From NCBI GenBank assembly GCA_965277805.1, contig OZ255842.1, forward strand, positions 4,064,001-4,128,000: a stretch of DNA of 64,000 bases. The letters run 5' to 3'. This stretch comes from Candidatus Lustribacter sp. (GTDB lineage: Bacteria; Vulcanimicrobiota; Vulcanimicrobiia; Vulcanimicrobiales; Vulcanimicrobiaceae). The position numbers and the translations under genes were made by a program. Shown here in pieces: positions 46,441 through 56,059 of this stretch (positions within the stretch are counted from its first letter, which is position 1; each line of letters opens with the position of its first letter). Under the pieces are notes generated by a model. The model was given only the letters and a program-made list of their open reading frames with translations, ran no database searches and was not told the DNA's origin.

Positions 46441-47439
46441 TTAGGTCGCCAGAAGTTCGGGCACGAAGATATCCTCACACGTCAGCCGGCGCTTGGATAA
46501 GCCTTGCTCGAAATGATAGCGTAAGAACGTATCGACGGCTTTGCGATTGGCTTCGACTCCATAGGGCCACCAGTCGTCGCCCATCAGGCGCCGGTTTTCC
46601 GCCATCAGCTGGCTAAACCAGGGAATCATCGTCGGTGCCTGATGGAACATCGTCGCGCCGAGATATTGCTTTACCGCAACGTCTTTGGCGTCGCAGAAGC
46701 CCTTATAGATGGCTTGGGCCAAACCGGGGTGTTTGGCGTGGACGTCTTTGCGGATCACCACCGTATGCATGATCGGAAAGATCGCCGTGCGGGTGAAGTA
46801 CTCGCGCTCGACGCTCTCGTAGCCGTCGAACAGGCGGCCGACCTTCGGTGAATTCTTCAGCACGCACTGCGGGACGATGGCCGAAAACAGCGCATCGAGT
46901 TCGCCCGATTCGAGCATCGGGCCGAGCGCCTTTCCTTCGGGCGCGTCCGTGACGTCGACGTTCGCGGGATGCGGCTGCGGGATGAAGCTGTGCGGCTTCT
47001 GCGGCTGTTCGATTCCGCCGATGACCCAGCGATACTGGTCGGGCGTGACGCCGTAATCTTCACCGATGATGCCCTTGGCCCAAACGCCGGCGTCGTGGCC
47101 GTAAGTCGACAATTCACCGACGGTCTTCCCGGCGAGATCTTGCGGCGAATTGATCCCGCTGGATTTGTTGATGAAGACCGACGAGTGACGAAAGAAGCGA
47201 TTCGGAAAGACCGGAATCGCAATGAACGGCGGGTCGTCGAAATCGAGCGTCCGCAGATAGAACGTCAGCCCCAATTCGGAGACGTCGAACTCCCGCTGCC
47301 TGATCATACGTTCGAAGATATCCGAGACGATCACGTCGCTGCGGTAGTTGAGGTCGACGCCCTCAATGCGCACGCTACCGTCGGTCAGCGCGCGCGTGCG
47401 GTCGTAGTTCCAATACGCGAAGTTGAGCTTGAGCGGCAC
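46441..47439 (-). CDS. 4,5-dihydroxyphthalate decarboxylase-like protein
   Basis: YDRT, FDVSELG, PVFPNRFFRH, IFPIMH, WWPYGVEAN motifs. Confidence 0.87.
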   Translation of the reverse strand: MPLKLNFAYWNYDRTRALTDGSVRIEGVDLNYRSDVIVSDIFERMIRQREFDVSELGLTFYLRTLDFDDPPFIAIPVFPNRFFRHSSVFINKSSGINSPQDLAGKTVGELSTYGHDAGVWAKGIIGEDYGVTPDQYRWVIGGIEQPQKPHSFIPQPHPANVDVTDAPEGKALGPMLESGELDALFSAIVPQCVLKNSPKVGRLFDGYESVEREYFTRTAIFPIMHTVVIRKDVHAKHPGLAQAIYKGFCDAKDVAVKQYLGATMFHQAPTMIPWFSQLMAENRRLMGDDWWPYGVEANRKAVDTFLRYHFEQGLSKRRLTCEDIFVPELLAT

Positions 47440-48618
47440 TCAGTTCGCCGAGCCGCCGGCGTGCTGCGTCGGAAGTTCGACGCTCTCTTTGAGCTGATGC
47501 CACGCCTTGGTTGGTTGACCCGAGGCGAGCGCGTCCATCTCGCGGTACAACAGACGGCGCAAGAGCGCAATCCCGGCATCGGAGCGTCCGAGAATCTCGT
47601 GTTCGCGATCGACGAGCGGACCCTGTCCCACTTGCGCCACGTAGTCTTGCGCGTTCGTCAGGTCGGAATACTTATCGGGCGGGTACGCATGGTCGTTGAA
47701 GAGCTTGTCGTGATCGTTGACCGGATCGTAGTTCTGGTGCTGCGCCCAATCAGCTTCCAAGGCGGCCACCTGATCGGGCGGCAAGTCGGGGATGGTGTAC
47801 ATGTGCATGCGCTGCGTGTGCGTGTTGTCGATCGGAACGTTCCAGATCCCCACGTGCATCCAGCCGCCGTCCTTGATCGGACCGGGAATGATGATGTGGT
47901 TGTTGTTGGGGAACGTCCAGTCGCTGACGCGCACGTTGCCCGGACCGCGGGTTGCGATTTGCCGGATGCCGGCGTCGGTCTCGAAATATTCGAGTTCCGG
48001 AATCGTCTGCGAAACGTGCTGGATGAATCGTCCCTGTTCGCGACCGATCGCGTGCACGAAACTCACGTGGACGGCATCCATCGAGTTCTCGACGAACTGC
48101 AGCCAGTTGCTCGGCCATGCCTGACGGCGCGTGACGTGAAAGCCGTTGCTTTCCCACGCCGGCTTACGCGGCAGCTCGAACGCCGGCGGCTCACCCTCGC
48201 CCATATATGCAAAGATCAGGCCGCCGTACTCGTGCAGCGGATAGCCGGCAATCTTGATGTTCGGCGGAACGGTATCGCGCTCGGCCGGACGCAGCGTGCA
48301 CTGCCCGGTGCCGTCGTACGTCCAGCCGTGATAGATGCAGCGGATTTCGTCGCCGTCGACCCACCCGGTATGCAAGAGCGTGAGCCGGTGCGCGCAACGG
48401 CCGCCGACGAGATGCGGAACGCCGGCCGGCGAGCGGTAGAGCGTCAGATCTTCACCGAACACCCGCACCGCCGTGGCTTCGCCCGCGAGGACCGATTTGG
48501 AATCCGCAACGGGTTGCCAGAAACTGCGCAGCAGCTTGCCCATCGGGGCATCGCCTTCGATCAGCGCAAGTTCGCGTAACCGCTCGCCGCGGGAATGAAG
48601 CCGCTCTTCAACGCTCAT
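47440..48618 (-). CDS. Rieske aromatic oxygenase alpha subunit (phthalate 4,5-dioxygenase/LigX-like)
   Basis: CAH...CIYH Rieske site; ENSMDAVHVSFVH and QD..AQ.GQG mononuclear iron ligands. Confidence 0.92.
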   Translation of the reverse strand: MSVEERLHSRGERLRELALIEGDAPMGKLLRSFWQPVADSKSVLAGEATAVRVFGEDLTLYRSPAGVPHLVGGRCAHRLTLLHTGWVDGDEIRCIYHGWTYDGTGQCTLRPAERDTVPPNIKIAGYPLHEYGGLIFAYMGEGEPPAFELPRKPAWESNGFHVTRRQAWPSNWLQFVENSMDAVHVSFVHAIGREQGRFIQHVSQTIPELEYFETDAGIRQIATRGPGNVRVSDWTFPNNNHIIIPGPIKDGGWMHVGIWNVPIDNTHTQRMHMYTIPDLPPDQVAALEADWAQHQNYDPVNDHDKLFNDHAYPPDKYSDLTNAQDYVAQVGQGPLVDREHEILGRSDAGIALLRRLLYREMDALASGQPTKAWHQLKESVELPTQHAGGSAN

Positions 48619-48632
48619 GGCCCGAGCATACC

Positions 48633-49175
48633 CTATTGCTTGGATTCAAGCAATATCGAGTCGCCGAGCGAATTGCCGGCGCGAACGATGAGGTCGAGGA
48701 GCGTCTGTTTCTCCGCGTCGGAGAGCGCGCCCATCGCCGCGACTGCCCGATCGTGATGCGTCTGAGCGGCCTTCGCGAAAAGGCGCTCGCCTTTGCGAGT
48801 CAGCTTGAGAACGAGACTGCGCCGGTCACTCGGGTGCGGCACCCGCTCGATAAGCCCGCTTTGTTCGAGCGTATCGGTCATCGCCGTCACGGTTCCGCTC
48901 GTGGTGTGCATCGATTTGCCGACGTCGCGCGACGAGATCCCGGTCTTCCTGCCCTGCAGAAAGATCACCGCCATGAAATTGTATTGTGCCGGCGTGAGGC
49001 CGTGCTGTGCGAGCCAACCGGTGCTCGCCTCGTTCATCCGCGCCGACAACATGCGCGTCGCCCGGAAAATCTGAACCGCGCTGAGGTAGTCGGTGCTGCC
49101 GAAGAACCGATCCAGCTCCGCAATCGCGGGCGGCGCAATCAGGACCCCAAGTCGATCGTCGGGCACCGTATTCAT
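48633..49175 (-). CDS. MarR family regulator
   Basis: GLTPAQY, TVT..D.LE..GLIER.PHPSDRRS..L.LT.KG motifs. Confidence 0.9.
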   Translation of the reverse strand: MNTVPDDRLGVLIAPPAIAELDRFFGSTDYLSAVQIFRATRMLSARMNEASTGWLAQHGLTPAQYNFMAVIFLQGRKTGISSRDVGKSMHTTSGTVTAMTDTLEQSGLIERVPHPSDRRSLVLKLTRKGERLFAKAAQTHHDRAVAAMGALSDAEKQTLLDLIVRAGNSLGDSILLESKQ

Positions 49176-49258
49176 GCCGCGGTACTTTGTGCCCGTGGGC
49201 GCAGGCCCATCTAACCGGAAGTGGCAAGAACGTCGCTTCAGCTTGACCGGAGGACCGT

Positions 49259-50023
49259 ATGGCGGTAACGGATCGGGAAGTTGCAATCGGCGCGGCGTCC
49301 GAGACCGAGTTGACGGCACGTCGCGATCTCGCGGCGGCGCATCGGCTGGCGGCCGTGTATGGCTGGACGAACCTCATCTACAATCACATCGTGCTCCGAG
49401 TGCCCGATGAACCCGATCATTTTCTCATCAAGCGCGAAGAGCTGCTGTTCGAGGAAATCACCGCCTCGAATCTCGTGAAGCTCGATATGAACGGTAAGCG
49501 CTCCGGCGACCCCTCTGCCAAGGTGAGTCCCGGCTTCACGATTCACGCGGCCGTCTTGCAAGCGCGCCCGGACATCAACTGCGTCATCCACGTGCATACC
49601 GAAGCCGGCATGGCGATGTCGGCGCACAAGGGCGGCCTGTTGCCGATCACCCAGGATGCGATGCATTTCTACAACCGCATCGGCTACACGGCGTACGATG
49701 GGTTCTCGACGCCGGAAAACCAGCGCGCCGCTCTCGCGCGCGACCTCGGCAAGAACTGGGCGCTCGTCTTGCGCAATCACGGGCTGATCACATGCGCCGA
49801 GAACGTTCCGGTCGCGCTGCTGCTGATGCGCTATCTCATCAGCTCGTGCCAAACGCAACTGATGCTCGAATCGAGCGGAGCCGAGATGCTGATCCCCTCA
49901 CCCGCAGCGTGCGAGGACGTCGCTTCACGCTGGGAGCGCATTTATCAAACGACCAAAGCTGCCGACGAGTGGGCGGCCATGCTGCGTTCCCTCGAACCCG
50001 CGCACGCGGACTATCGCAACTAA
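49259..50023 (+). CDS. Class II aldolase/adducin family protein
   Basis: YNHI..RVP, FEEITASNL, GFTIH, HVHT, LRNHG motifs. Confidence 0.9.
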   Translation: MAVTDREVAIGAASETELTARRDLAAAHRLAAVYGWTNLIYNHIVLRVPDEPDHFLIKREELLFEEITASNLVKLDMNGKRSGDPSAKVSPGFTIHAAVLQARPDINCVIHVHTEAGMAMSAHKGGLLPITQDAMHFYNRIGYTAYDGFSTPENQRAALARDLGKNWALVLRNHGLITCAENVPVALLLMRYLISSCQTQLMLESSGAEMLIPSPAACEDVASRWERIYQTTKAADEWAAMLRSLEPAHADYRN

Positions 50024-50036
50024 ACGGAGGCGTTTC

Positions 50037-51008
50037 ATGAGACTTGTTCCGCTCGCGGTAGCGTTAACGCTGATCGCTACCTTCATTTCGGGTTCGGCCG
50101 CCGGCGCCGCGCAGCTCATTCGCGTGGGTTTCGCGCAGGTAAGCGAAGAGCCGCTGTGGCTCATGTACACACCCGGCGGCGTGAAGCCGAATGAGGGCAA
50201 AGAGTACCAGCTCGAAATGACGACGTTCCGCAGCAGCGCCGACCGCATGAAGGCGTACGAGGCCGGAGCGCTCGACTGCGAGACGGGCAGCCCGCTGAAC
50301 ATGATCTTCGCAGCGTCGAGCGGGCTCATGGACTTCTCCTCAGTTGCAACGATCTCGCAGCAAGATCCCCACGGCGTCGTCACGTCGTATCTCGTGCGCG
50401 ACGACATCAAGAAGCCGTCCGACTTGAAGGGCAAGATCATCGCGGTCAACGCATACAAGTCGCTCACCGATCTGCTGGAGCGAACCGCCTTGATCCGGGC
50501 CGGCCTCAATCCCGACCGCGACGTAAAGTTCGTGCTGATGGGATACCCCGAAGGGCCCGATGCCTTGCGCGCGCATCTCGTCGACATGGTTCAGGTCGAC
50601 GAACCGGCGAAAACGGAAGAGCTGCGCAAGGGCGGCGTGCATCTGCTGTTTTCGTTTCCCGATATCATCGGCGGTACGCAGGATCAGAACACGCTCTTCT
50701 GCCGCAAGGATTTCCTCAAAGCACATGGTCCGGCGGTGCGCGCATTCCTCGCCGACTACATCCTCACGCTGAAGGCGTATCTCAAAGATCGCCGGCGCGC
50801 GTACGACTACTTGGCCAAAGCGCAGCTCACGATCGCAATCCCGCCCGACCAGCCGGTACCGCCCGACTACTCGCGGCCGATCGACGGGAAGGTCAGCGCA
50901 CGGAGTTTCCACCAAATTCAGGATGCGATGCTCAAGGCCGGCTTCATCCCGGCCCCGATCAAAGTGGACGACCTGATCGACAACTCGTACTTGCCGCACG
51001 CGCGTTAG
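50037..51008 (+). CDS. ABC transporter substrate-binding protein (NitT/TauT)
   Basis: Signal peptide; DLKGKIIAVN; AGLNPDRDV; first gene of a complete ABC operon. Confidence 0.88.
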   Translation: MRLVPLAVALTLIATFISGSAAGAAQLIRVGFAQVSEEPLWLMYTPGGVKPNEGKEYQLEMTTFRSSADRMKAYEAGALDCETGSPLNMIFAASSGLMDFSSVATISQQDPHGVVTSYLVRDDIKKPSDLKGKIIAVNAYKSLTDLLERTALIRAGLNPDRDVKFVLMGYPEGPDALRAHLVDMVQVDEPAKTEELRKGGVHLLFSFPDIIGGTQDQNTLFCRKDFLKAHGPAVRAFLADYILTLKAYLKDRRRAYDYLAKAQLTIAIPPDQPVPPDYSRPIDGKVSARSFHQIQDAMLKAGFIPAPIKVDDLIDNSYLPHAR

Positions 51009-51015
51009 CCGCGGG

Positions 51016-51798
51016 ATGGCGCTCCTCGAGGCAACGGGCCTGGGCAAGGATTACGGGACGGGCCGCAAGGCGATGCGCGTGCTCGACGGCATCGACCTCA
51101 CGATCGACGACGGCGAGTTCGTGGCGATCGTCGGTCCGTCGGGTTGCGGCAAGAGCACGTTCTTGCACATCGCCGGCGGCTTCGTGCACGCGAGCGCGGG
51201 CAGCATCTGCTTTGACGGCGCACCGATCACGACGCCCGGGCCCGACCGCGGCGTGGTGTTCCAGGACTACTCGCTCTATCCGTGGCGCACGGTGATCGGT
51301 AACATCGTGTGGGGACTGGAAGCGCAAGGGGTTCCGCGCGCACAGCGCATGCAGACTGCCGAGCGCTTCATGGAGATGGTGGGGCTTACGGCGTTCCGCA
51401 ACCACTTTCCGAACGAATTGAGCGGCGGGATGAAGCAGCGCGTGGCACTCGCGCGCACGCTCACCTACGATCCGAAGCTGCTGTTGATGGACGAGCCCTT
51501 CGGCGCGCTCGACGTGCAGACGCGCGAGCTGATGCAAGAAGAACTGCAACGCATTTGGGACGCCACCCGCAAAACGGTTTTGTTCGTTACCCACGACATC
51601 GATGAAGCCGTGTATTTGAGCGATCGCGTGCTCGTGTTCACCGCGCGGCCGGGCCGGATCAAAGAAACGATCGCGATCGACTTACCGCGACCGCGCGCGA
51701 TCGAAATCAAGCGGACACCGGAATATGCGGCGTACCGTAACCGCATTTGGGACCTGTTGCGGCAAGAAGTGCTGCAAGCCGCGGAGCAAAACGTGTGA
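51016..51798 (+). CDS. ABC transporter ATP-binding protein (NitT/TauT)
   Basis: GPSGCGKS, LSGGMKQR, MDEPF, THD motifs. Confidence 0.95.
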   Translation: MALLEATGLGKDYGTGRKAMRVLDGIDLTIDDGEFVAIVGPSGCGKSTFLHIAGGFVHASAGSICFDGAPITTPGPDRGVVFQDYSLYPWRTVIGNIVWGLEAQGVPRAQRMQTAERFMEMVGLTAFRNHFPNELSGGMKQRVALARTLTYDPKLLLMDEPFGALDVQTRELMQEELQRIWDATRKTVLFVTHDIDEAVYLSDRVLVFTARPGRIKETIAIDLPRPRAIEIKRTPEYAAYRNRIWDLLRQEVLQAAEQNV

Positions 51799-52595
51799 GC
51801 GTGGCGGTCCGCGGTGATACGGCGCCGGCGCGGCCGCGCTACCTCGGGCTGATCGTACCGCTTACGGCGTTGGTACTCTGGGAGATCGCTGCCCGCAGCG
51901 GCCACGCACCGGACTACATCGTCGCGCCGTCGCTCGTCCTGCGCACGATGGTGACGATGGCCATCGAAGGTTCGCTCTGGGGCAACATCGCCGCGAGCTT
52001 GTGGCGCGTGTTCGGCGGATTTTGCATCGGGGTCGCGGCCGGCGTCGCCGCCGGGCTCATCGCCGGCACCTGGAAAGTCGCGGGCTCCTACATCAACCCG
52101 CTGATCTCGTTCACCTATCCGATCCCGAAGATCGCGTTTCTGCCGATTCTGATCATCTGGCTGGGTCTGGGCGATGCCTCGAAAATTGCCACGATCGCGC
52201 TCTCGGTGTTCTTTCCGGCCTTCATCAACGCATATGGCGGCGCGAGCGACATCAACGTGCACTACCTTTGGGCGGCGCAAAGCATGGGCGCCTCACGGCT
52301 GCGCATGTTCACGCACGTCGTGCTGCCCGCCGCGCTGCCGCAGATCTTTGCCGGTGCCCGCGTCGGACTCGGCCTCGCCTACATCACGCTCTTCGCCACC
52401 GAACTCTTTGGGGCACGCTCGGGACTCGGCTTTCTGATCGGTCTTGCGGAAAGCGGCCGGCGCTTCGATACGATGTACGTCGCGATCGTTTGCATCGGCC
52501 TCGCCGGATTCTTGAGCGATCGTTTGCTGATCTGGCTGCGCGCACGGCTGTTGCACGGCGTCAACCTCGGGAAAGAAGAGCAGGTCGGTGCCTGA
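51795..52595 (+). CDS. ABC transporter permease
   Basis: PIPKIA and EAA-like WAAQSMGAS motifs; multiple TMs. Confidence 0.92.
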   Translation: MSVAVRGDTAPARPRYLGLIVPLTALVLWEIAARSGHAPDYIVAPSLVLRTMVTMAIEGSLWGNIAASLWRVFGGFCIGVAAGVAAGLIAGTWKVAGSYINPLISFTYPIPKIAFLPILIIWLGLGDASKIATIALSVFFPAFINAYGGASDINVHYLWAAQSMGASRLRMFTHVVLPAALPQIFAGARVGLGLAYITLFATELFGARSGLGFLIGLAESGRRFDTMYVAIVCIGLAGFLSDRLLIWLRARLLHGVNLGKEEQVGA

Positions 52596-53325
52596 GCGCC
52601 TGCGCCCGCTGGTCTCGATCGCCGTCTTGCTGGGCGCGTGGCAATTGCTCGCGCATTCCGGCTGGGTGCCGCGCCGGCTCTTTCCCGACATCCCGCAAAT
52701 CGCTGCCGCAATCGGAGCGTTCGTAGGCAGCGGCGACTTCTGGTATCACTCGGAGTTCACGCTCTCCCAGGTGCTCACGGCGTTTGCAATCGCTGCGCCG
52801 TGCGGGATCGTACTCGGCACGCTGCTCGCGCGCTCATCACTGTTCGACGCGCTATTCGAACCGATTTTCGCCTTCGGCTATCCGATCCCAAAGATCGCGC
52901 TCTATCCGCTCTTCCTCTTCATCTTCGGCATCGGCAGCACGTCGAAGGTAGCGCTGGCGACGCTCGAGACACTTTACCCCGTGACGCTCGGCACGTTTTA
53001 CGGCATGCGCTCCGTCGATCGTACGTTGCTTTGGGCCGGGCGCAACATGGGCGCGAGCAACTGGCGCATTTTCTTCTCGGTCCTCTTGCCGGCCGCGCTC
53101 CCGTACATCGCTTCCGCGCTACGTATCGGACTGCACATCGCGTTCGTCGTGATCGTGCTGCTCGAAATCATCGGCGACAACAGCGGGCTCGGCTTTTACC
53201 TGACCTACGAGACGACGTCGTTTGCTTATGCGGCGTTCTTTGCCGGTATTGCCGGCATCGTGTTCTGGGGATTCCTCATCGACCAGACGATGCTGTGGCT
53301 ACGCAGGCGTTTCGTCTTCTGGTAG
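52588..53325 (+). CDS. ABC transporter permease
   Basis: PIPKIA and WAGRNMGAS motifs; multiple TMs. Confidence 0.92.
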   Translation: MPERLRPLVSIAVLLGAWQLLAHSGWVPRRLFPDIPQIAAAIGAFVGSGDFWYHSEFTLSQVLTAFAIAAPCGIVLGTLLARSSLFDALFEPIFAFGYPIPKIALYPLFLFIFGIGSTSKVALATLETLYPVTLGTFYGMRSVDRTLLWAGRNMGASNWRIFFSVLLPAALPYIASALRIGLHIAFVVIVLLEIIGDNSGLGFYLTYETTSFAYAAFFAGIAGIVFWGFLIDQTMLWLRRRFVFW

Positions 53326-53327
53326 AT

Positions 53328-53642
53328 TCAGACGATCTGCTCGGCCGCCGCAACGACCGTGAACTGGAAACCGCCGGTCCATCGCGTCACGAGGTTATAG
53401 ATAAACGCAGCGATGACGCCCTCGATGAATCCGGCAATGGCGAAAACGATCGGGAAGAAGATCAGCGCCCCAATGCCGAGGAACGGCTTGATGATCTCCG
53501 GGTAGGGGTACGCGCCGTTGCCGGCCGGCGCCAAACTCGCGACTGAAGCGATGAACAGGCCCTCGATGAATCCGCCGATCGCAGCCATTACCGCGAAGAT
53601 CACAGCGCAGCGCAGAATCCCGACGCTCTTGAGCTCGTACAT
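53328..53642 (-). CDS. Small membrane protein (DUF3566-like)
   Basis: Two hydrophobic helices; A.IYNL....GG motif; GGAGGG SD. Confidence 0.7.
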   Translation of the reverse strand: MYELKSVGILRCAVIFAVMAAIGGFIEGLFIASVASLAPAGNGAYPYPEIIKPFLGIGALIFFPIVFAIAGFIEGVIAAFIYNLVTRWTGGFQFTVVAAAEQIV

Positions 53643-53726
53643 AGGGTAACGCCCTCCGTTACGCTCGCTTCGTTAGCCGAGAGAAACGGTCCCTCGGCAA
53701 GCGAGTCGCGCGGACGGAAACGATGA

Positions 53727-53757
53727 AGGCCGGCGCACATTTCGTGCTCGCCGGCCT
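53727..53757 (-). terminator. GC-rich hairpin downstream of tRNA-Leu
   Basis: AGGCCGGCG / CGCCGGCCT arms; weak U-tract. Confidence 0.5.
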
Positions 53758-53772
53758 CCGCTCATAATGAAC

Positions 53773-53856
53773 TGCCCAAGAAGGGACTCGAACCCCCACG
53801 GCCTTGCGGCCACTGGTACCTGAAACCAGCGCGTCTACCAATTCCGCCACCTGGGC
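53773..53856 (-). tRNA. tRNA-Leu(CAG), CCA not encoded
   Basis: Reverse complement GCCCAGGTGGCGGAATTGGTAGACGCGCTGGTTTCAGGTACCAG...GGTTCGAGTCCCTTCTTGGGCA; long variable arm; anticodon CAG. Confidence 0.96.
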
Positions 53857-53904
53857 GCAGCCGCCGACGTTTCCGTAAACGCGGACGCAGGGCCTCCGTG
53901 AGCG

Positions 53905-55107
53905 TTAGGCCGCTTGCTCCTTCGTGCGACGTTCGTAGGAACGCAGCCACAGCACCGGCAGCACGCCAAGGCCGGCGATCAGGGCGCTGACGGCCCACGC
54001 GGTGTCGAGCGACGTGCGGTCGGCGATCAACCCGAACACCAGCGGCCCGACGGCCGACGTCCCAAAGATCGCGGTTAGCGTCAGGCCGAGCGCGCTGCCG
54101 GCCCGGTCCGCGCCGCCGATCTCTGCCAACGCCGCCGCCATCACGCCGTTCCACCCGGCGCCGCAGAAGCCGATGAAGAGCGCCGCCGGAAACAGCAGCA
54201 CAGCAACCGACGGACGCAGCAGCGCGAATCCGAGCGACGCCGCCGCGGAGAGCGCGCACAATCCGGCCAGCAGCACGACGCGGCTTTCGCGCATGAACCG
54301 ATCGCTGTACCAGCCCCAAAAAAGCCGCGCGACCGTCGCCGCCACGAACGCGCCCGCAAACGCCGACGCGGCGATCGCCGGCGTCACGCCGATCGCTTGC
54401 ACCGCAGTCACGGTAAGGAAGCCGTTCATCGCGAGCTGCGCGTTCACGAGCGCCATGCACGTCAGCGTGGTCGCGATCAAGCGCGGGTCGCGCGCGAGAC
54501 GGCGCATGCCGGCCAGAACTTCCGCGAAACGCTCAGGCTGCGGCCGGTCGGCAACCGCTTCGCGATAAAAGATGCACGCGATCGCGGTCGTGATGATGAC
54601 GATCGCTGCCGCGCAAACCAGTGCTGCGCGATAGCCTCCGAAATGCAACGCGACGAACGGCAGCATCACCGCGCCGAACAGCCCGCCGACGGGCACGCCG
54701 GTTTGGCGAATCCCCATCGCAAAACCGCGATCGCGGTCGAACCACGAGAGAATCGCGCGTCCGCCCGCCGGCGTCGATGCGGCATAGCCGGCTCCGAAGA
54801 TCCCCATGCATGCGACGAGCCACGTATAATTCGGCACGAGCACCGACGCGACGAGCGCAAACGCCATCAGGCTGCCGCTCGCGCCCACCATCGTGCGTTC
54901 GCCGAAACGGTCGGTAAGCACGCCGCTGAACGCCGTGAAAAGCGCCGATCCGACGTAGAGCGAGGTGAAGAGCGCGCCCAACTGCGCTTGGGTCAAGCCG
55001 TATTGCAAAATGAGAAACGGCGCCAGCACGCCGACGGCTTGCTGCACGACCGACGCGCCGGCTTGCGCGCCGGTCATCAACGCGAGAACGCGATACTTTG
55101 CCGTCAC
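53905..55107 (-). CDS. MFS transporter
   Basis: G.LTDRFGER motif A; about 12 TMs. Confidence 0.9.
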   Translation of the reverse strand: MTAKYRVLALMTGAQAGASVVQQAVGVLAPFLILQYGLTQAQLGALFTSLYVGSALFTAFSGVLTDRFGERTMVGASGSLMAFALVASVLVPNYTWLVACMGIFGAGYAASTPAGGRAILSWFDRDRGFAMGIRQTGVPVGGLFGAVMLPFVALHFGGYRAALVCAAAIVIITTAIACIFYREAVADRPQPERFAEVLAGMRRLARDPRLIATTLTCMALVNAQLAMNGFLTVTAVQAIGVTPAIAASAFAGAFVAATVARLFWGWYSDRFMRESRVVLLAGLCALSAAASLGFALLRPSVAVLLFPAALFIGFCGAGWNGVMAAALAEIGGADRAGSALGLTLTAIFGTSAVGPLVFGLIADRTSLDTAWAVSALIAGLGVLPVLWLRSYERRTKEQAA

Positions 55108-56000
55108 GCGCGCTGAACGATCGCGATACCCACGGCAATCGCCGCCAGTCCGCCGAGGTCGCGAATCGACAACGGCTCGCCGAAGAAGCTCGCCACGAGC
55201 AAACCGAACACCGGCGAGAGAAAGTAGTACGCGGTCACGCGGCTCGCCTCGCCTTGTTCCAGCAGCCAGAACCACAAGAGCGAACCGCCGACGCTGAGCG
55301 CAACGACCAAGTACACGAACGACGCGACGATCGGGAAGCCCCACGTCGCATGCGGCGCGCCTTCGAATGCGATCGCGAAGGGCAGGACGGCCAGCGAGGC
55401 GGCAAAGAGCTGCAGCGCGGTGGTCATGCGCACGTCCATCTCGACCAGAAACTTCTTGAACACGATCGTGCTCGCAACGCTCGCGAATGTCGCGATGAAA
55501 ACGAGCGCGACGTCACTGGGCCGGGCCGTTCCGCTGCCGCTGCGCTCGATCATGATCGCGAGCACCCCGGCAAAGCCGAGCAGCAGCCCGACGGATTTCC
55601 ACTTCGTGAGCGGCTCGCCCAGAAACACCGGCGCGGCCAGCGCGAGGATCAACGGGTTCGTGCTCGTGACGACCGAGCCGACGCCGGCTGCCAAGTGCCG
55701 CAGCGCCTCGTAGGTGAAGCCGAGGTACATCGCGTTGGCCAGGACGCCGAGCAAAACGATGAGCGTCCAGGCGCGCCGCCCGCGCGGCCACGGCGCACCC
55801 GAGGCGACCGCGATCGCGAGCGCCACGGCGCCCGAGACGGCGAACCGGACGACCAGAAACCACATCGGCGATGAGGCCAGCACGCCGATCTTGCTTGGTA
55901 CAAACGCCGAGCCCCAGAGAAAGACGAAAAAGATCGCGGCGGCGGTTCGGAACCAGCGCGTAGCGGTAATTCCCGGGGCATGGATAGCGCTGGTTTCCAC
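55104..56000 (-). CDS. DMT/EamA family transporter
   Basis: LWGSAF, RF, FLGEPL repeats. Confidence 0.9.
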   Translation of the reverse strand: METSAIHAPGITATRWFRTAAAIFFVFLWGSAFVPSKIGVLASSPMWFLVVRFAVSGAVALAIAVASGAPWPRGRRAWTLIVLLGVLANAMYLGFTYEALRHLAAGVGSVVTSTNPLILALAAPVFLGEPLTKWKSVGLLLGFAGVLAIMIERSGSGTARPSDVALVFIATFASVASTIVFKKFLVEMDVRMTTALQLFAASLAVLPFAIAFEGAPHATWGFPIVASFVYLVVALSVGGSLLWFWLLEQGEASRVTAYYFLSPVFGLLVASFFGEPLSIRDLGGLAAIAVGIAIVQRA

Positions 56001-56059
56001 CTCACCCCACGCTACCACGCAACTCGTCTGCCGGGTTGCGATGTTTGAAGTGAGCACAC

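Noticed and set aside
22300-53856. Genomic island integrated at tRNA-Leu
   Set aside because: The catabolic region lies downstream of the tRNA 3' end, but I found no integrase, no duplicated tRNA 3' end (att) and no obvious compositional shift.
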